Assembly (NCBI GenBank): GCA_002269645.1
Contig: NIVC01001563.1
Location: 172,412 to 236,411, forward strand
Direction of reading: 5' to 3'
Origin: Macrostomum lignano
Taxonomy: Eukaryota
DNA: 64,000 nt
Below are positions 36,204-57,540 of the stretch, piece by piece. The position numbers and the translations under genes are program-made. Each line of letters starts with the position of its first letter. Position 1 is the first letter of the stretch. Below the pieces are notes generated by a model. The model searched no databases, had not been told where the DNA came from, and saw only the letters and a list, made by a program, of their open reading frames with translations.

Positions 36204-39200
36204 TGTAGAGAGCGAAGCCGCGAGAGAGAAAGTTATGTGTTGTGTGCAGCCGAAAAAGCCTCAATCTATTGTAGGCTCTGTGCGATCGATTTATATATTT
36301 AGCAGCGACCCTGCAGTTAAGACTGTGTACACTAAAAACAGAAAGCCAAGAATATTGGATGTACATCGCAAATGCACACCAGGACTAAAATCACTTATTA
36401 TTCAAGCACTGGGCAGCAGGCGCCTACAATTCTCCCCAACCAGAGAGATCCCAGGTCATAAAAAAACCGAGTTCAATTACTCAGCTACCAGCCCAAACCC
36501 CAAAACAATCAAAGCGGCCCGCCCACGCACAAGAGCCCTAGGATCACAATTTGCATTAGAGTAAGTTTGAAATAGACAATCGGGCGTTAAATGTCAATAA
36601 ACCATAGAAATAAAGACTTTCCGTGACAATATTTGCGTTCTCCGGAATAATATCCCGTAAAGTCTTTATGTCTATGGTTTATACGAGATTACACTAGTGT
36701 TACTTAGAATAATGCTAATTTTCATTAAAGTAAGTGTGACTCCTGCAAGCGGGCTTAAATGTATTCTATGGCATTAAAAGGCAAGAATAAGTGCCCAGCG
36801 CGCACAAAGGTCATGGTACGATTTGTAGCTGAGCAATCTGTTACGGGCAGCTCTTGGATGTTCTCGCGTGGCGATGCTACCGCTGGGTAGACCGGCGGGC
36901 TGACCGGCAGGTTGGCCGGCAGGCTCTCCGGCAGATTGGCCGGCAGGCTCTCCGGCAGATTGGCCGGCAGGCTCTCCGGCAGATTGGCCGGCAGGCTCTC
37001 CGGCAGATTGGCCGGCAGGCTCTCCGGCAGATTGGCCGGCAGGCTCCCCGGCAGGCTGGCCGGCAGGCTCTCCGACCAGGGGCCGCAGCTGTGAGACGTG
37101 GCGCATGCAGGACTGTTCGCCGCGTTGCAGGACACACGTGTCTCCCTGGACCTGCTTGACTGTCCAAGGATTTGGATCGAACGGCAGCTGCAGTTTGTTA
37201 CGTGGTTGCTGCTTTCGCAGAACTCTGTTGCCGTCCCTGACGCTGTGCTTCTTGACACCCTTGCGATCATCGAACCGCGCCTTCATGTCTTGGACATAGT
37301 TTCTGTGCCAGCTCTGCACCTCTTCATGGCTGACGTCGATGAGCTGTGATGGTTTGATGGTCGGGATGCCGTCGTTCATCGTCCTGCCCATGAGTAGCTC
37401 AGCGGGTGCGCGGCCGGTCGCTCGATGTAGTGTCGTGCGGAACGCCAACAGCCAGTCCTCGATAGCCTCCTGCCAGTTCCGACCTTCGGCCACTGCCGTC
37501 TGAATCACTTTCCCGATGCTGCGGTTGACTCGCTCCGTCGCTCCGTTGGATTCTGGGTGCAGGGGGCAGATGAGGCGGTGGTGAATGCCGTACGAAAGGA
37601 GGAAGCTGCGGAAAGCTGCCGAGCTGAATGGTGGGCCGTTGTCGGTGACCACCTCGATCGGGACGCCGTACCTGCCGAACAGCCTCCGCAGGCGGGGGAT
37701 CACGCTCTCCGCCATCGTCGAGTTGAGGAAATTGACTTCTGGGTATTTTGAATACAAGTCGGTGGTGACCAGGAGCATCTGGCCCTGCACTGGGCCGTAG
37801 AAATCCATGCCTAGTAGCAGCCAGGCACCGTCCGAAATATCCGTCGGCCTCAATGGTGTCTGTCGCAATCCGGTGGCCGCAGCCTGGCACAGCGTGCAGC
37901 ACTGGACGAAGAGCTCGCAGTCGCTGCGCATCCGAGGCCACCGCACCTTCGTCTGCAGGCGTTTAAGGGTGCGGTCGGCGCCCAGATGACCGGTGTGCGC
38001 CAGTTGAAGGATCGGCCTGCGCAGCGACTCGGGGATGACGATGAGGTCACCGCGGAGTAATACTCCGTCGCTTTCTGACAGTTCGCCGCTGATGGACTTG
38101 AAGGAGCGCTGGGCTGCCGCTCGCATGTCCCAGCGGCCGGTTCGAATCGCGTTCAGCGCCGCCTGGACGTCCCTGTCGGTGCGCGATGCTTCCCGAACCT
38201 GGTCGAGACTGAAGCCCTTCGGCACGGGCCCGGTCGACACGGCGTTGATGAAGGCGGCGTCGAGCTCTTCACCTACATTCCGACGCCGCTCTGGCAGTGG
38301 CTGCCGACTCAGCAGGTCAGCCGGGTTGGTCGAGCCTGGCCGGTAGAGCAGGTTGAAGCGGAGATGCTGAATGCGCAGCGCCATTCGCTCGATCCGCGGT
38401 GGCGGACGGGAGCCAGGCTTGAAAAGCGGCACGAGCGGTCGGTGGTCCGTCACCACGGTGAAGTCTGGGTCGCCAGCCAGATAGTGCTCAAACTTGAGAC
38501 ACCCAAATTTGATGGCCAGCGCCTTCCGCTCGAACTGCGCGTACCGCTGCTCCACCGGCGAGAGGGCTCTGCTGGCGTAGGCGACGGGTCTGCTGTTGCC
38601 GTCTGGCTGCCGCTGCGTGAGGATGGCGCCGAGGCCGATCGGCGATGCGTCCACCAGGAGTTCCGTGTGCAGTCTGCGGTCGAAAAAGGCCAGCGTGTCC
38701 GCGTCTGTGATTGCCTTCTTGATGCCGTTGAACGCTGCTAAGTGTTTTTCTGTCCACTCCCAGGCCTGGCCCTTCTTCGTCAGCTGCCGGAGTGGGGCAG
38801 CGAGGTCAGCGAAGTTCGGGATGAACTTTGCCAGGAAGTTAGCGGTTCCCAGGAAAGAGCGGACGTCGTCGGCCACGTTGGAGGGCTCTCGGAAGTTCTG
38901 CATGGCGTCAATTTTCTCGGTGGCCGGTTGCATGCCCCGGGCGGTCAGGTGCATCCAGAGAAACTCGACGGTCGGCCGGGCGAACCTGCACTTGTCCTGA
39001 TTGATGGTGATCCCGAACTCTCGGAGGCGCTGAAGGCAGGCGTCCAGCCTCTCATGGTGCTGCTTCAGGTCGGAGGCGTACACCACCACGTCGTCGTGCG
39101 CCCACCGGACGCCGTCGATGCCGCTGAGGATGCCAAGCATGACTCGTTGAAGGATTTCCGAGGCATTTGTGAACCCCATGCTGAGCCTCTTGAGCCGCAT

Positions 39201-41197
39201 CAGTCCGAGGGGCGTGCTGAAGGTGAAGAGGTGACGGCTGCTCTCGTGGACTGGGATCTGATAAAAGGCCTTCTGGATATCGAGTTCGCTGAACAGCTTG
39301 GCGTCTGCCATTTCCTCGGTGATTTCGTCCAGCGTGGGGATTTGCTGCTTCTCTGGAATGACGAGAGCGTTGAGATCACGGAGGTCCTGGCAGATTCTGA
39401 CGCCACTGTCGCCCTTGGGCACCACCACCATGCGTGACACCCAGGCGCTGGGACCTTTGACTGCCTCAATGATGCCCTGCTCCTCCAAAGCCTTGAGCTC
39501 GTCCACTACGGCCTCTTTCAGGTGCGCCGCCACACGTGAGGGCGCCTGGCAGACTGGAACAGCGTCGTCGGACAGCTGGACCTGGACCTCTACTCCCTTG
39601 ATGCAGCCGATGCCGTTGAAGACTTCTTTATGCCTCTGCAGGATGGCCTTGAGCTGGGGGTCGATATACTGCTCGGAGAGTGTGATGTCGGCGATGGCGT
39701 TCATGTTTTGCGGCTTGGTAGCTTCAGGTCGCTGGATCTTCAGCACTCCTAGCTTGAATGCGGGCTGACGCCCTAGTATCGTCAGCCTGTCGCCGTCCAT
39801 GATGTGGAAGGTCGCGGTTGTTCTGGCAGATCCCACTTGGATGTCAAGATCGGCGGTACCCACAATCCTGAGAGGTGTCGGTACACCGTAGGCACGAACT
39901 TCGGCTCTTGTAGGGCGTGGGCTTGGCAGGCTGAGCGCTCTGAAGGTGCGGAGACTCATGATACTGCAGCTGGCTCCGCTGTCAATCATCATGGGAAGCT
40001 GCCGGTTTGCCACCTGCACAGTCAGTGAGACGTCGGATGGGTATTTGTCGCGGTTGTACAGCGCGAACACATCCTCGTTGACGGAGCCGTCGGCAGCTGT
40101 GAAGACAGCATTGGTGCTGATTTGCTGCTGTGGGGTCCGGCTGCTGTTTGACTGCCGAGGCTGACGGCAGGCAAGAGCGAGGTGGTTGGGCTTGCCGCAG
40201 TTGTGGCAGATCTTGCCCTTGGCAGCGTCGCAGATGGCGTAGCCTTTCTTGCCGCAGCGGTAGCAGGTGCGCTGCTGCTGGTCGCCGGGCCTGCTGGTCG
40301 TCTGAGCCGGGCCACGCCTGTTCGTTCTCACCTTGTCGTCCTTAGCAACGCTGGCCACGTGCGAGTCTGCCTTCTCCATCTCAGTTGCTTGTTCCTCAGC
40401 AGCCTCGAATGCCCTCGCCTTCCGCAAGGCCTCCTCCAGGCTGATGTTCGCCTCCTGAAGCAGCCGCCTGCGCAGCTTGTCAGAGCTGCAGGTTGCCACG
40501 AGCTGGTCTCTGATGAGCGAGTCCTTCAGCTGTTCGAAGTCGCACGGCTCTGCCGCAGTGCGCAGTCTGGCGTACCAGGATTCGATGGACTCTCCGGTGG
40601 CCTGGGTGCATAGGCGGAACTGATATCTGGCAAATACGATGTTCTTTCTTCCGTTGAAGAATGTCTTCAAAGCGTCCAGCGTCTGCTTGAGGGTGACTTG
40701 GCCGTCCTCTGTGGCCGCTGCAGGCTTGGCCTCTTCGCGGATGGTGTCGGCGATTTCCTTGCCTGCTGTGTAGCTGAGTAGTTTGCACTTTTGCTTCTCG
40801 TTGGTGATGCCTGATGCATCGATGAAGTCTTCAAAGCGGTCTGCCCATTGACTCCAGCGCTTGCCCGCGTTGTGTGGGTCTGCTGATACTGAGAATGGCT
40901 CAGGTGGGGGCAGTGAGAGAAAGTTGGCTGCCATGATTTGTTTACCGCGCGGTAGGCGGCTTGCGACGCCACTGTAGAGAGCGAAGCCGAGAGAGAGAAA
41001 GTTATGTGTTGTGTGTAGCCGATAAAGCCTCAACCTATTGTAGGCTCTGTGCGATCGATTTATATATTTAGCAGCGACCCTGCAGTTAAGACTGTGTACA
41101 CTAAAAAGAGAAAGCCAAGAATATTGAATGTACATCGCAAATGCACACCAGGACTAAAATCACTTATTATGCAAGCACTGGGCAGCAAGCGCCTACA
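36204..41197 (-). mobile_element. Full-length Ty3/Gypsy LTR retrotransposon (Mag-like), 4994 bp
   Basis: TG...CA LTRs of 225 bp at 36204-36428 and 40973-41197 (8 mismatches); 5-bp TSD GCCAC (36199-36203, 41198-41202); PBS TGGCGTCGCAAGCCGCCT at 40971-40954; PPT GGGGAGAA at 36437-36430. Confidence 0.97.
36774..40934 (-). CDS. Single-ORF Gag-Pol polyprotein (1386 aa): Gag, two Zn knuckles, protease, RT, RNase H, integrase
   Basis: Start MAANFLSLPPPEPF at 40934; CYRCGKKGYAIC and CHNCGKPNHLALAC; DSG protease; RT AHDD; RNase H DAS...TDH; integrase HTGH...CTLC, DFYGP, TDNG, NGATER. No stop codons. Confidence 0.93.
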   Translation of the reverse strand: MAANFLSLPPPEPFSVSADPHNAGKRWSQWADRFEDFIDASGITNEKQKCKLLSYTAGKEIADTIREEAKPAAATEDGQVTLKQTLDALKTFFNGRKNIVFARYQFRLCTQATGESIESWYARLRTAAEPCDFEQLKDSLIRDQLVATCSSDKLRRRLLQEANISLEEALRKARAFEAAEEQATEMEKADSHVASVAKDDKVRTNRRGPAQTTSRPGDQQQRTCYRCGKKGYAICDAAKGKICHNCGKPNHLALACRQPRQSNSSRTPQQQISTNAVFTAADGSVNEDVFALYNRDKYPSDVSLTVQVANRQLPMMIDSGASCSIMSLRTFRALSLPSPRPTRAEVRAYGVPTPLRIVGTADLDIQVGSARTTATFHIMDGDRLTILGRQPAFKLGVLKIQRPEATKPQNMNAIADITLSEQYIDPQLKAILQRHKEVFNGIGCIKGVEVQVQLSDDAVPVCQAPSRVAAHLKEAVVDELKALEEQGIIEAVKGPSAWVSRMVVVPKGDSGVRICQDLRDLNALVIPEKQQIPTLDEITEEMADAKLFSELDIQKAFYQIPVHESSRHLFTFSTPLGLMRLKRLSMGFTNASEILQRVMLGILSGIDGVRWAHDDVVVYASDLKQHHERLDACLQRLREFGITINQDKCRFARPTVEFLWMHLTARGMQPATEKIDAMQNFREPSNVADDVRSFLGTANFLAKFIPNFADLAAPLRQLTKKGQAWEWTEKHLAAFNGIKKAITDADTLAFFDRRLHTELLVDASPIGLGAILTQRQPDGNSRPVAYASRALSPVEQRYAQFERKALAIKFGCLKFEHYLAGDPDFTVVTDHRPLVPLFKPGSRPPPRIERMALRIQHLRFNLLYRPGSTNPADLLSRQPLPERRRNVGEELDAAFINAVSTGPVPKGFSLDQVREASRTDRDVQAALNAIRTGRWDMRAAAQRSFKSISGELSESDGVLLRGDLIVIPESLRRPILQLAHTGHLGADRTLKRLQTKVRWPRMRSDCELFVQCCTLCQAAATGLRQTPLRPTDISDGAWLLLGMDFYGPVQGQMLLVTTDLYSKYPEVNFLNSTMAESVIPRLRRLFGRYGVPIEVVTDNGPPFSSAAFRSFLLSYGIHHRLICPLHPESNGATERVNRSIGKVIQTAVAEGRNWQEAIEDWLLAFRTTLHRATGRAPAELLMGRTMNDGIPTIKPSQLIDVSHEEVQSWHRNYVQDMKARFDDRKGVKKHSVRDGNRVLRKQQPRNKLQLPFDPNPWTVKQVQGDTCVLQRGEQSCMRHVSQLRPLVGEPAGQPAGEPAGQSAGEPAGQSAGEPAGQSAGEPAGQSAGEPAGQSAGEPAGQPAGQPAGLPSGSIATREHPRAARNRLLSYKSYHDLCARWALILAF

Positions 41198-41828
41198 GCC
41201 ACCTTCCCAGATCCTCATATTGAGCCAGCCACCTTCCCTGATCCTCATGCTGAGCCAGCCACCTTCTCAGATCCTCCAGTTATTTGCAAATTTTACCTAC
41301 GTACGAGCCGTATATCCAATGCACAATATCCAGCCGATATGGGAAGACTTAGCGCGCCCTATATAACAGATATTTGCCATAATTTTCTGTCCTATCTTCG
41401 CCAAGATAGCCACACAGATACGATCTAGTGTGGCATTTGGAAGTTCCCAGAAGGTGCCTATAAGCAGTTTAACGATCTCTGACTTTTATTGCTAACCGCA
41501 ATAAATGACTTGACTAAAGGCGGCCAACTTGCTGAATGATAAAAATTGCAAGTGTTAGACTTCCTAAACTAAAGCGTTACGATTTCGGGTTGTTGCTGAG
41601 TTCCTAAGTCCGGCTCTAAAGAGAAGTGTACACCAACAAACGTTCACAAATTGCTCAAATATATCTGGCTTTGACAGCAGCGCAGTTAGGGGAGATCAAG
41701 GCGCCTCAATAGCACATCTCAGCCATTTCCAGGGCCGCAATCTCATTGGCTGGCCAATCGCTGGGCTGGCAGCAGAATAAAAAGGGATTCCGATTGCCCT
41801 CATTTCCTCAGCATGTCCACTGCAGGCA

Positions 41829-52848
<11,020 letters not shown>

Positions 52849-52884
52849 TTCACCTGCCTTCGAGTGCTCGAATTTAGTATTAGT

Positions 52885-54845
52885 ATAGTGGGTCAGCTAT
52901 AGGATTAAAATGGGTCAGCTGCAGGATTAAAATGGGTCAGCTGCAGGATTAAAATGGGTCAGCTGCAGGATTAAAATGGGTCAGCTGCAGGATTATAATG
53001 GGTCAGCTGCAGGATTTTTAGTGGGTCAGCTATAGTAGGATTATAATGGGTCAGCTGCAGGATTATCGTGGGTCAGCTATAGTAGGATTATAATGGGTCA
53101 GCTGCAGGATTATAGTGGGTCAGCTATAGGATTATAATGGGTCAGCTGCAGGATTATAATGGGTCAGCTGCAGGATTATAATGGGTCAGCTTCAGAATTG
53201 TAGTGGGTCAGCTATAGGATTATAGTGGGTCAGCTATATGATTATAGTGGGTCAACTATAGGATTATAGTGGGTCAGCTATAGGATTATAATGGGTCAGC
53301 TGCAGGATTATAATGGGTCAGCTGCAGGATTATAATGGGTCAGCTTCAGAATTGTAGTGGGTCAGCTATAGGATTATAGTGGGTCAGCTATAGGATTATA
53401 GTGGGTCAGCTATATGATTATAGTGGGTCAACTATAGGATTATAGTGGGTCAGCTATATGATTATAGTGGATCAGCTATAGGATTATAGTGGGTCAGCTA
53501 TATGATTATAGTGGGTCAGCTATAGGATTATAGTGGGTCAGCTATAGGATTATAGTGGGTCAGCTATAGGATTATAGTGGGTCAGCTATATGATTATAGT
53601 GGGTCAGCTATATGATTATAATGGGTCAGCTATAGGATTATAGTGGGTCAGCTATATGATTATAGTGGGTCAGTTATAGGATTGTAGTGGGTCAGCTATA
53701 TGAATATAGTGGGTCAGCTATATGATTATAGTGGGTCAGCTATATGATTATAGTGGGTCATCTATATGATTATAATGGGTCAGCTGAAGGATTTTAATGG
53801 GTCAGCTTCAGAATTGTAGTGGGTCAGCTTCAGGATTATAGTGGGTCAGCTATAGGATTATAGTGGGTCAGCTGTATGATTATAGTGGGTCAGCTATAGG
53901 ATTATAGTGGGTCAGCTGCAGGATTATAGTGGATCAGCGACAGCTATGGTAGGATTATAGTGGGTCAGCTATAGGATTATAGTGGATCAGCTGCAGGATT
54001 ATAGTGGGTCAGCTATAGGATTATAGTGGATCAGCTGCAGGATTATAGTGGGTCAGCTATAGGATTATAGTGGGTCAGCTATATGATTATAGTGGGTCAG
54101 CTATAGGATTATAGTAGGTCAGCTGCAGGATTATAATGGGTCAGCTTCAGAATTGTAGTGGGTCAGCTTCAGGATTATAGTGGGTCAGCTATAGGATTAT
54201 AGTGGGTCAGCTGTAGGATTATAGTGGGTCAGCTATAGGATTATAGTGGGTCAGCTTTAGGATTATAGTGGGTCAGCTATAGGATTATAGTGGGTCAGCC
54301 ATAGGATTATAGTGGGTCAGCTTTAGGACTATAGTGGGTCAGCTATAGGATTATAGTGGGTCAGCTATAGGATTATAGTGGGTCAGCTTTAGGATTATAG
54401 TGGGTCAGCTATAGGATTATAGTGGGTCAGCTTCAGGATTTTAGCGGGTAAGCTTCAGGATTTTAGTGGGTCAGCTTCAGGATTTTAGTGGGTAAGCTTC
54501 AGGATTTTAGTGGGTAAGCTTCAGGATTTTAGTGGGTCAGCTTCAGGATTTTAGTGGGTCAGCTTCAGGATTTTAGTGGGTCAGCTTCAGGAGTTTAGTG
54601 GGTCAGCTTCAGGATTTTAGTGGGTCAGCTTCAGGATTTTAGTGGGTCAGCTTCAGGAGTTTAGTGGGTCAGCTTCAGGAGTTTAGTGGGTCAGCTTCAG
54701 GATTTTAGTGGGTCAGCTTCAGGAGTTTAGTGGGTCAGCTTTAGGATTATAGTGGGTAAGCTTTAGGATTATAGTGGGTCAGCTTCAGGATTTTAGTGGG
54801 TAAGCTTTAGGATTTTAGCGGGTAAGCTTCAGGATTTTAGCGGGT
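52885..54845. repeat. 22-bp minisatellite downstream of the DEG/ENaC stop codon
   Basis: Unit gggtcagctataggattatagt, grading to gggtcagcttcaggattttagt at the right end. Confidence 0.96.
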
Positions 54846-55264
54846 CGACTAATAGGAAAAGCCTATTTAAAAGCAGTTTCGGGCAGTCCCACTTCGTGGC
54901 TCATCTCTATTGTAAATTTACTTCTAAATGCTGGTCGCCTTTCTGATTTCTATATTCTTCGATCACGCACTATGCTACTGAAAGTAGTCCACTTTGAAAC
55001 CGTGCTGCGTTGGCGTTAAACTTTTTATCACTAACTCGTATCATTGTGTTACGAAAGTTAAAGCAAAACAAATTAAAATACGAAAGTGCTATACAGTATG
55101 GAAAAAGTAAACAAATAATTTAGGTTTGTCGGATTTACTCATGGACGGACACAAGTTCAAAATTATTATTTTTAACCATTTGCGAGCAAACTGTTTTGCA
55201 CAAAATAGAATAATACTCACCCGTATGCGATCTATTATTGTTCAGAAGCTCATTAAACGTTGAT

Positions 55265-55555
55265 AAGAACAACGCAACACTAAAAACAACAACAATAACA
55301 ACAACGCAACACTAAAAACAACAACAATAACAACAACGCAACACTAAAAACAACAACAACAATAACAACAACGCAACACTAAAAACAACAACAACAACAA
55401 CAACACAACACTCAAAACAACAACAACAACAACAACACAACAACAAAAACAACAACAATAACAACAACGCAACAACAAAGACAACAACAATAACAACAAA
55501 ACAACACTAAAAACAACAACAATAACAACAACGCAACAACAAAAACAACAAAATA
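55265..55555. repeat. AAC-rich low-complexity repeat
   Basis: aacaacgcaacactaaaaacaacaacaat-type units. Confidence 0.9.
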
Positions 55556-55619
55556 GAAAAGTGACTACAAACAACAGAATACGCTTTCAGTCAATCAAGC
55601 GTGGGAAAATGTCACAGGG

Positions 55620-56740
55620 CGCATTTAATTAAGGGCCGGGGCACAAACGTTTGGAACGTTTGGACACGCCGGCAGTGTCCGGGGCGCCGGCATCAGCCAG
55701 CAGGCAGTCGACGAAACGCCGAGTGCGCGCCTGCCCCCGCCGGTAGGGTGCCTGCAGCGTCAGCAGCAGCACCTCCTGCACCGGCTGCGGGCAGTACGAC
55801 TCGGCTCAGATGATGTGGCCTGCCAGCTGGAGTTGCCGATGGCGCAACAGTTTGCTGAGACGGGACAGGCCGTTGCGGCGATAGAGTGCCGCGTTCGTCA
55901 CTCGCTCGTAGCCGATCTTGAAGGCGGCGCGCAGCAGACCTGCTGTTCGAGCGAATCTGTCAACGTCCAGGTCTCGGCGTTGTACAACAGGATGGTCTCG
56001 ATCACCGCCTGGAACAGCGCCGCCCTCAGTGCCGAGGTAGACGAACTGCTGACAGCGCGAAAGCCTCGTCACCTGTCCGTCAGCGCCTCGGCAGAAAATC
56101 GCAGCCTCGATGTCGTCCGGCACGCAGAGCACGACGGTCTTCTGTGTGTTGACCCCCAGGCCGACACTCGCCGCAACGCTCATCAGCCGGTCCAGCTGGC
56201 GCTGGGCGCCCTCGACGGTCGAGGACAGCAGGGCGAGATCATCAGCGTAGCCGAGCACGCTGAGTCGCCTCTCCGGTTGGCGTCGACCCACGCGTCGTTG
56301 CAGCAGGAAGCCGTCGTTGTCAGAAGGGAGAGCAGTCCGCAGCACCCAGTCAAGCACCAGAACGAACAGGAACGGCGCAAGAGTATCTCCCTGAAGCACC
56401 CCGGAGGATGTCTCAAAGAATTCCGATAGGCCGTCCTGTGTTGAAAGAGCAGCTTTTGTATTGCGGTACATCGCCATGATGGCAGAGACAAACTGCTCAT
56501 TGCACATTGTACGCACAGAGCACCTTTAGAAGTACAGACCTGACGACCGAGTCGAATGCCTTCTTGAAATCAATGAAGATGATAATCAGGTGACTCGATG
56601 ATCGATGACTCGCCGAAGAGCCAGAATCTGCGTCACTGTGCCGCGATGGGGCCGGAAGCCGTTCTGCTCAGGACGCAGGCACGGATCCAGCAGCAGATGC
56701 CTCGATGCTCCTCCAGCCTTGTGGTGCCCGGCTTCTTAGA
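55620..56740 (-). mobile_element. Degenerate, internally deleted non-LTR retrotransposon (RTE-like) reverse transcriptase
   Basis: Broken frames encode KKPGTTRLEEHRGI, GFRPHRGTVTQILALRRVI, IIFIDFKKAFDSV, SGVLQGDTLAPFLF, LGYADDLALL, QLAGHII*; frameshifts and stops present. A further small fragment at about 56795-56840 resembles 55965-56005. Confidence 0.88.
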
Positions 56741-57004
56741 AAACAACAACAATAATAATAAAAACGAAAACGGTGCGACAACAAAAAACAATTGACGTTT
56801 AAGTCTCGGCGTTGTACAGCAGGACGATCTCGACCTGGATGATCTCGATGCCATGTCACTTCCTTGATGAACAAGACATCCGACTTAAGCTCGCTGCCTG
56901 GCCAAGGATCACTAATTGTTAACTGTCCATGGATCAGCCACGTGTGCGTGGGCAAAGGAAGGAATTAGATCCCTTATTTGAACTGAATTTCCCAAACCTC
57001 TGCT

Positions 57005-57295
57005 ATCTGTCCGCTCACGGGGTCACTCCGCCATCTGTCTGCTCACGGGGTCACTCTGCCGTCTGTCTTCTCACGGGGTCACTCTGCCGTCTGTCTGCTC
57101 ACTGGGTCACTCTGCCGTCTGTCTGCTCACGGGGTCACTCTGCCATCTGTCTGCTCACGGGGTCACTCTGCCGTCTGTCTGCTCACGGGGTCACTCTGCC
57201 GTCTGTCTGCTCACGGGGTCACTCTGCCGTCTGTCTGCTCATGGGGTCACTCCGCCGTCTGTCTGCTCACGGCACGAGGGTCACTCCGCCATCAA
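57005..57295. repeat. 28-bp minisatellite, about 10 copies
   Basis: Unit tctgtctgctcacggggtcactctgccg. Confidence 0.93.
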
Positions 57296-57497
57296 TCCTA
57301 GATTCCCACCCTCCTCCCAAAGTCAAGGTGAGAGCGGTGCGAGGGGTCCGTTAGTGGGAGCCAATGGTTGCTGGGAGGGCCGAACAGCCGGGCTTAGATA
57401 AAGCAAACACACCCAGCACATGGCAGACAGACAGCCTGCTGGATGCACTGGACAGAGTCACTTCTACAGCCATTCGCAGGAGATTCACAGGCTGGCA

Positions 57498-57506
57498 ATG
57501 CTGTCA

Positions 57507-57540
<34 letters not shown>

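Noticed and set aside
37098-40972. Numerous antisense and alternate-frame ORFs over GC-rich coding regions (Gypsy, GPCRs, BET, kinase)
   Set aside because: Expected shadows of GC-rich codon usage; no independent motifs.
40935-41135. Extra 67 N-terminal residues in the 1453-aa ORF
   Set aside because: Read-through of LTR and PBS; Gag homology starts at the Met at 40934.
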